Source: Octopus sinensis
Taxonomy: Eukaryota
DNA length: 64,000 bases
Assembly (NCBI RefSeq): GCF_006345805.1
Contig: NC_042999.1
Location: 29,450,001-29,514,000, forward strand
Direction of reading: 5' to 3'
How positions within the stretch are numbered: the stretch's first letter is position 1; every line of letters starts with the position of its first letter. The position numbers and the translations under genes are program-made. Of this stretch, positions 63,689 to 64,000 are shown one piece after another. The notes under the pieces are model-generated. The model was not told where the DNA came from. It was given only the letters and a program-made list of their open reading frames with translations, and made no database searches.

Positions 63689-63907
63689 TTGTGTGTCTGT
63701 GTTTGTCCCTCTAACATTGCTTGACAACCGATGCTGGTGTGTTTACGTTCCCGTCATTTGGCGGTTCGGCAAAATAGACCGATAGAATAAGAACTGGGCT
63801 TACAAAGAATAAGTCCCGGGGTCGATTTTCTTGACTAAAGGCGGTGATCCAGCATGGCCGCAGTCAAATGACTGAAACAATTAAAAGAGAGTAAAAAGAA
63901 AGAGAGT
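63451..63907 (+). mobile_element. Full-length microsatellite-containing tRNA-derived SINE
   Basis: Head TGGCTGTGCGGTAAG..GGTTCCTAGTTCAGTCCC, internal (TA)n(TG)n, tail AAAAGAGAGTAAAAAG. Confidence 0.92.
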
Positions 63908-64000
63908 ATACGCAAATATTCATGCAAGAGAGACGAAGCAAAGAACGGGTTTGAGAAGTGACTTCCACATCTTCCGCATTATTATTGAAGGATTTCAACG

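Overview
AT-rich, microsatellite-dense animal genomic DNA. The SINE families and compound (CA)n/(TA)n repeats look like those of Octopus (coleoid cephalopod); this is recognition from memory, not a database hit. I found no host protein-coding exon, rRNA, intact tRNA or CRISPR array, and most ORFs in the track are translated microsatellites. The window is a transposon graveyard. (1) A young APE-type LINE on the minus strand (1-2615, running off the left edge). Its ORF1 reconstructs to 409 aa with a Myb/SANT-like N-terminus, poly-Q tracts and two CCCH fingers. Its ORF2 has no upstream AUG and opens in the -1 frame five codons before a U-UUU-UUA slippery heptamer followed by a hairpin. (2) Many R4/Dong-like restriction-endonuclease LINE fragments sitting in (TAA)n arrays, one interrupted by an RTE with an 8-bp TSD. 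(3) A Helitron helicase relic and two non-autonomous Helitrons. (4) Two mariners and one DD37E Tc1 relic. (5) A Penelope GIY-YIG fragment and three unrelated type I hammerhead-ribozyme-like folds, one inside an inverted/tandem ~340-390 bp repeat. (6) A 284-bp MITE with perfect 69-bp inverted arms related to the Helitron interior. (7) Several tRNA-derived SINEs. The best candidates for undescribed biology are the Myb-CCCH LINE with its putative -1 frameshift and the hammerhead-bearing repeats.
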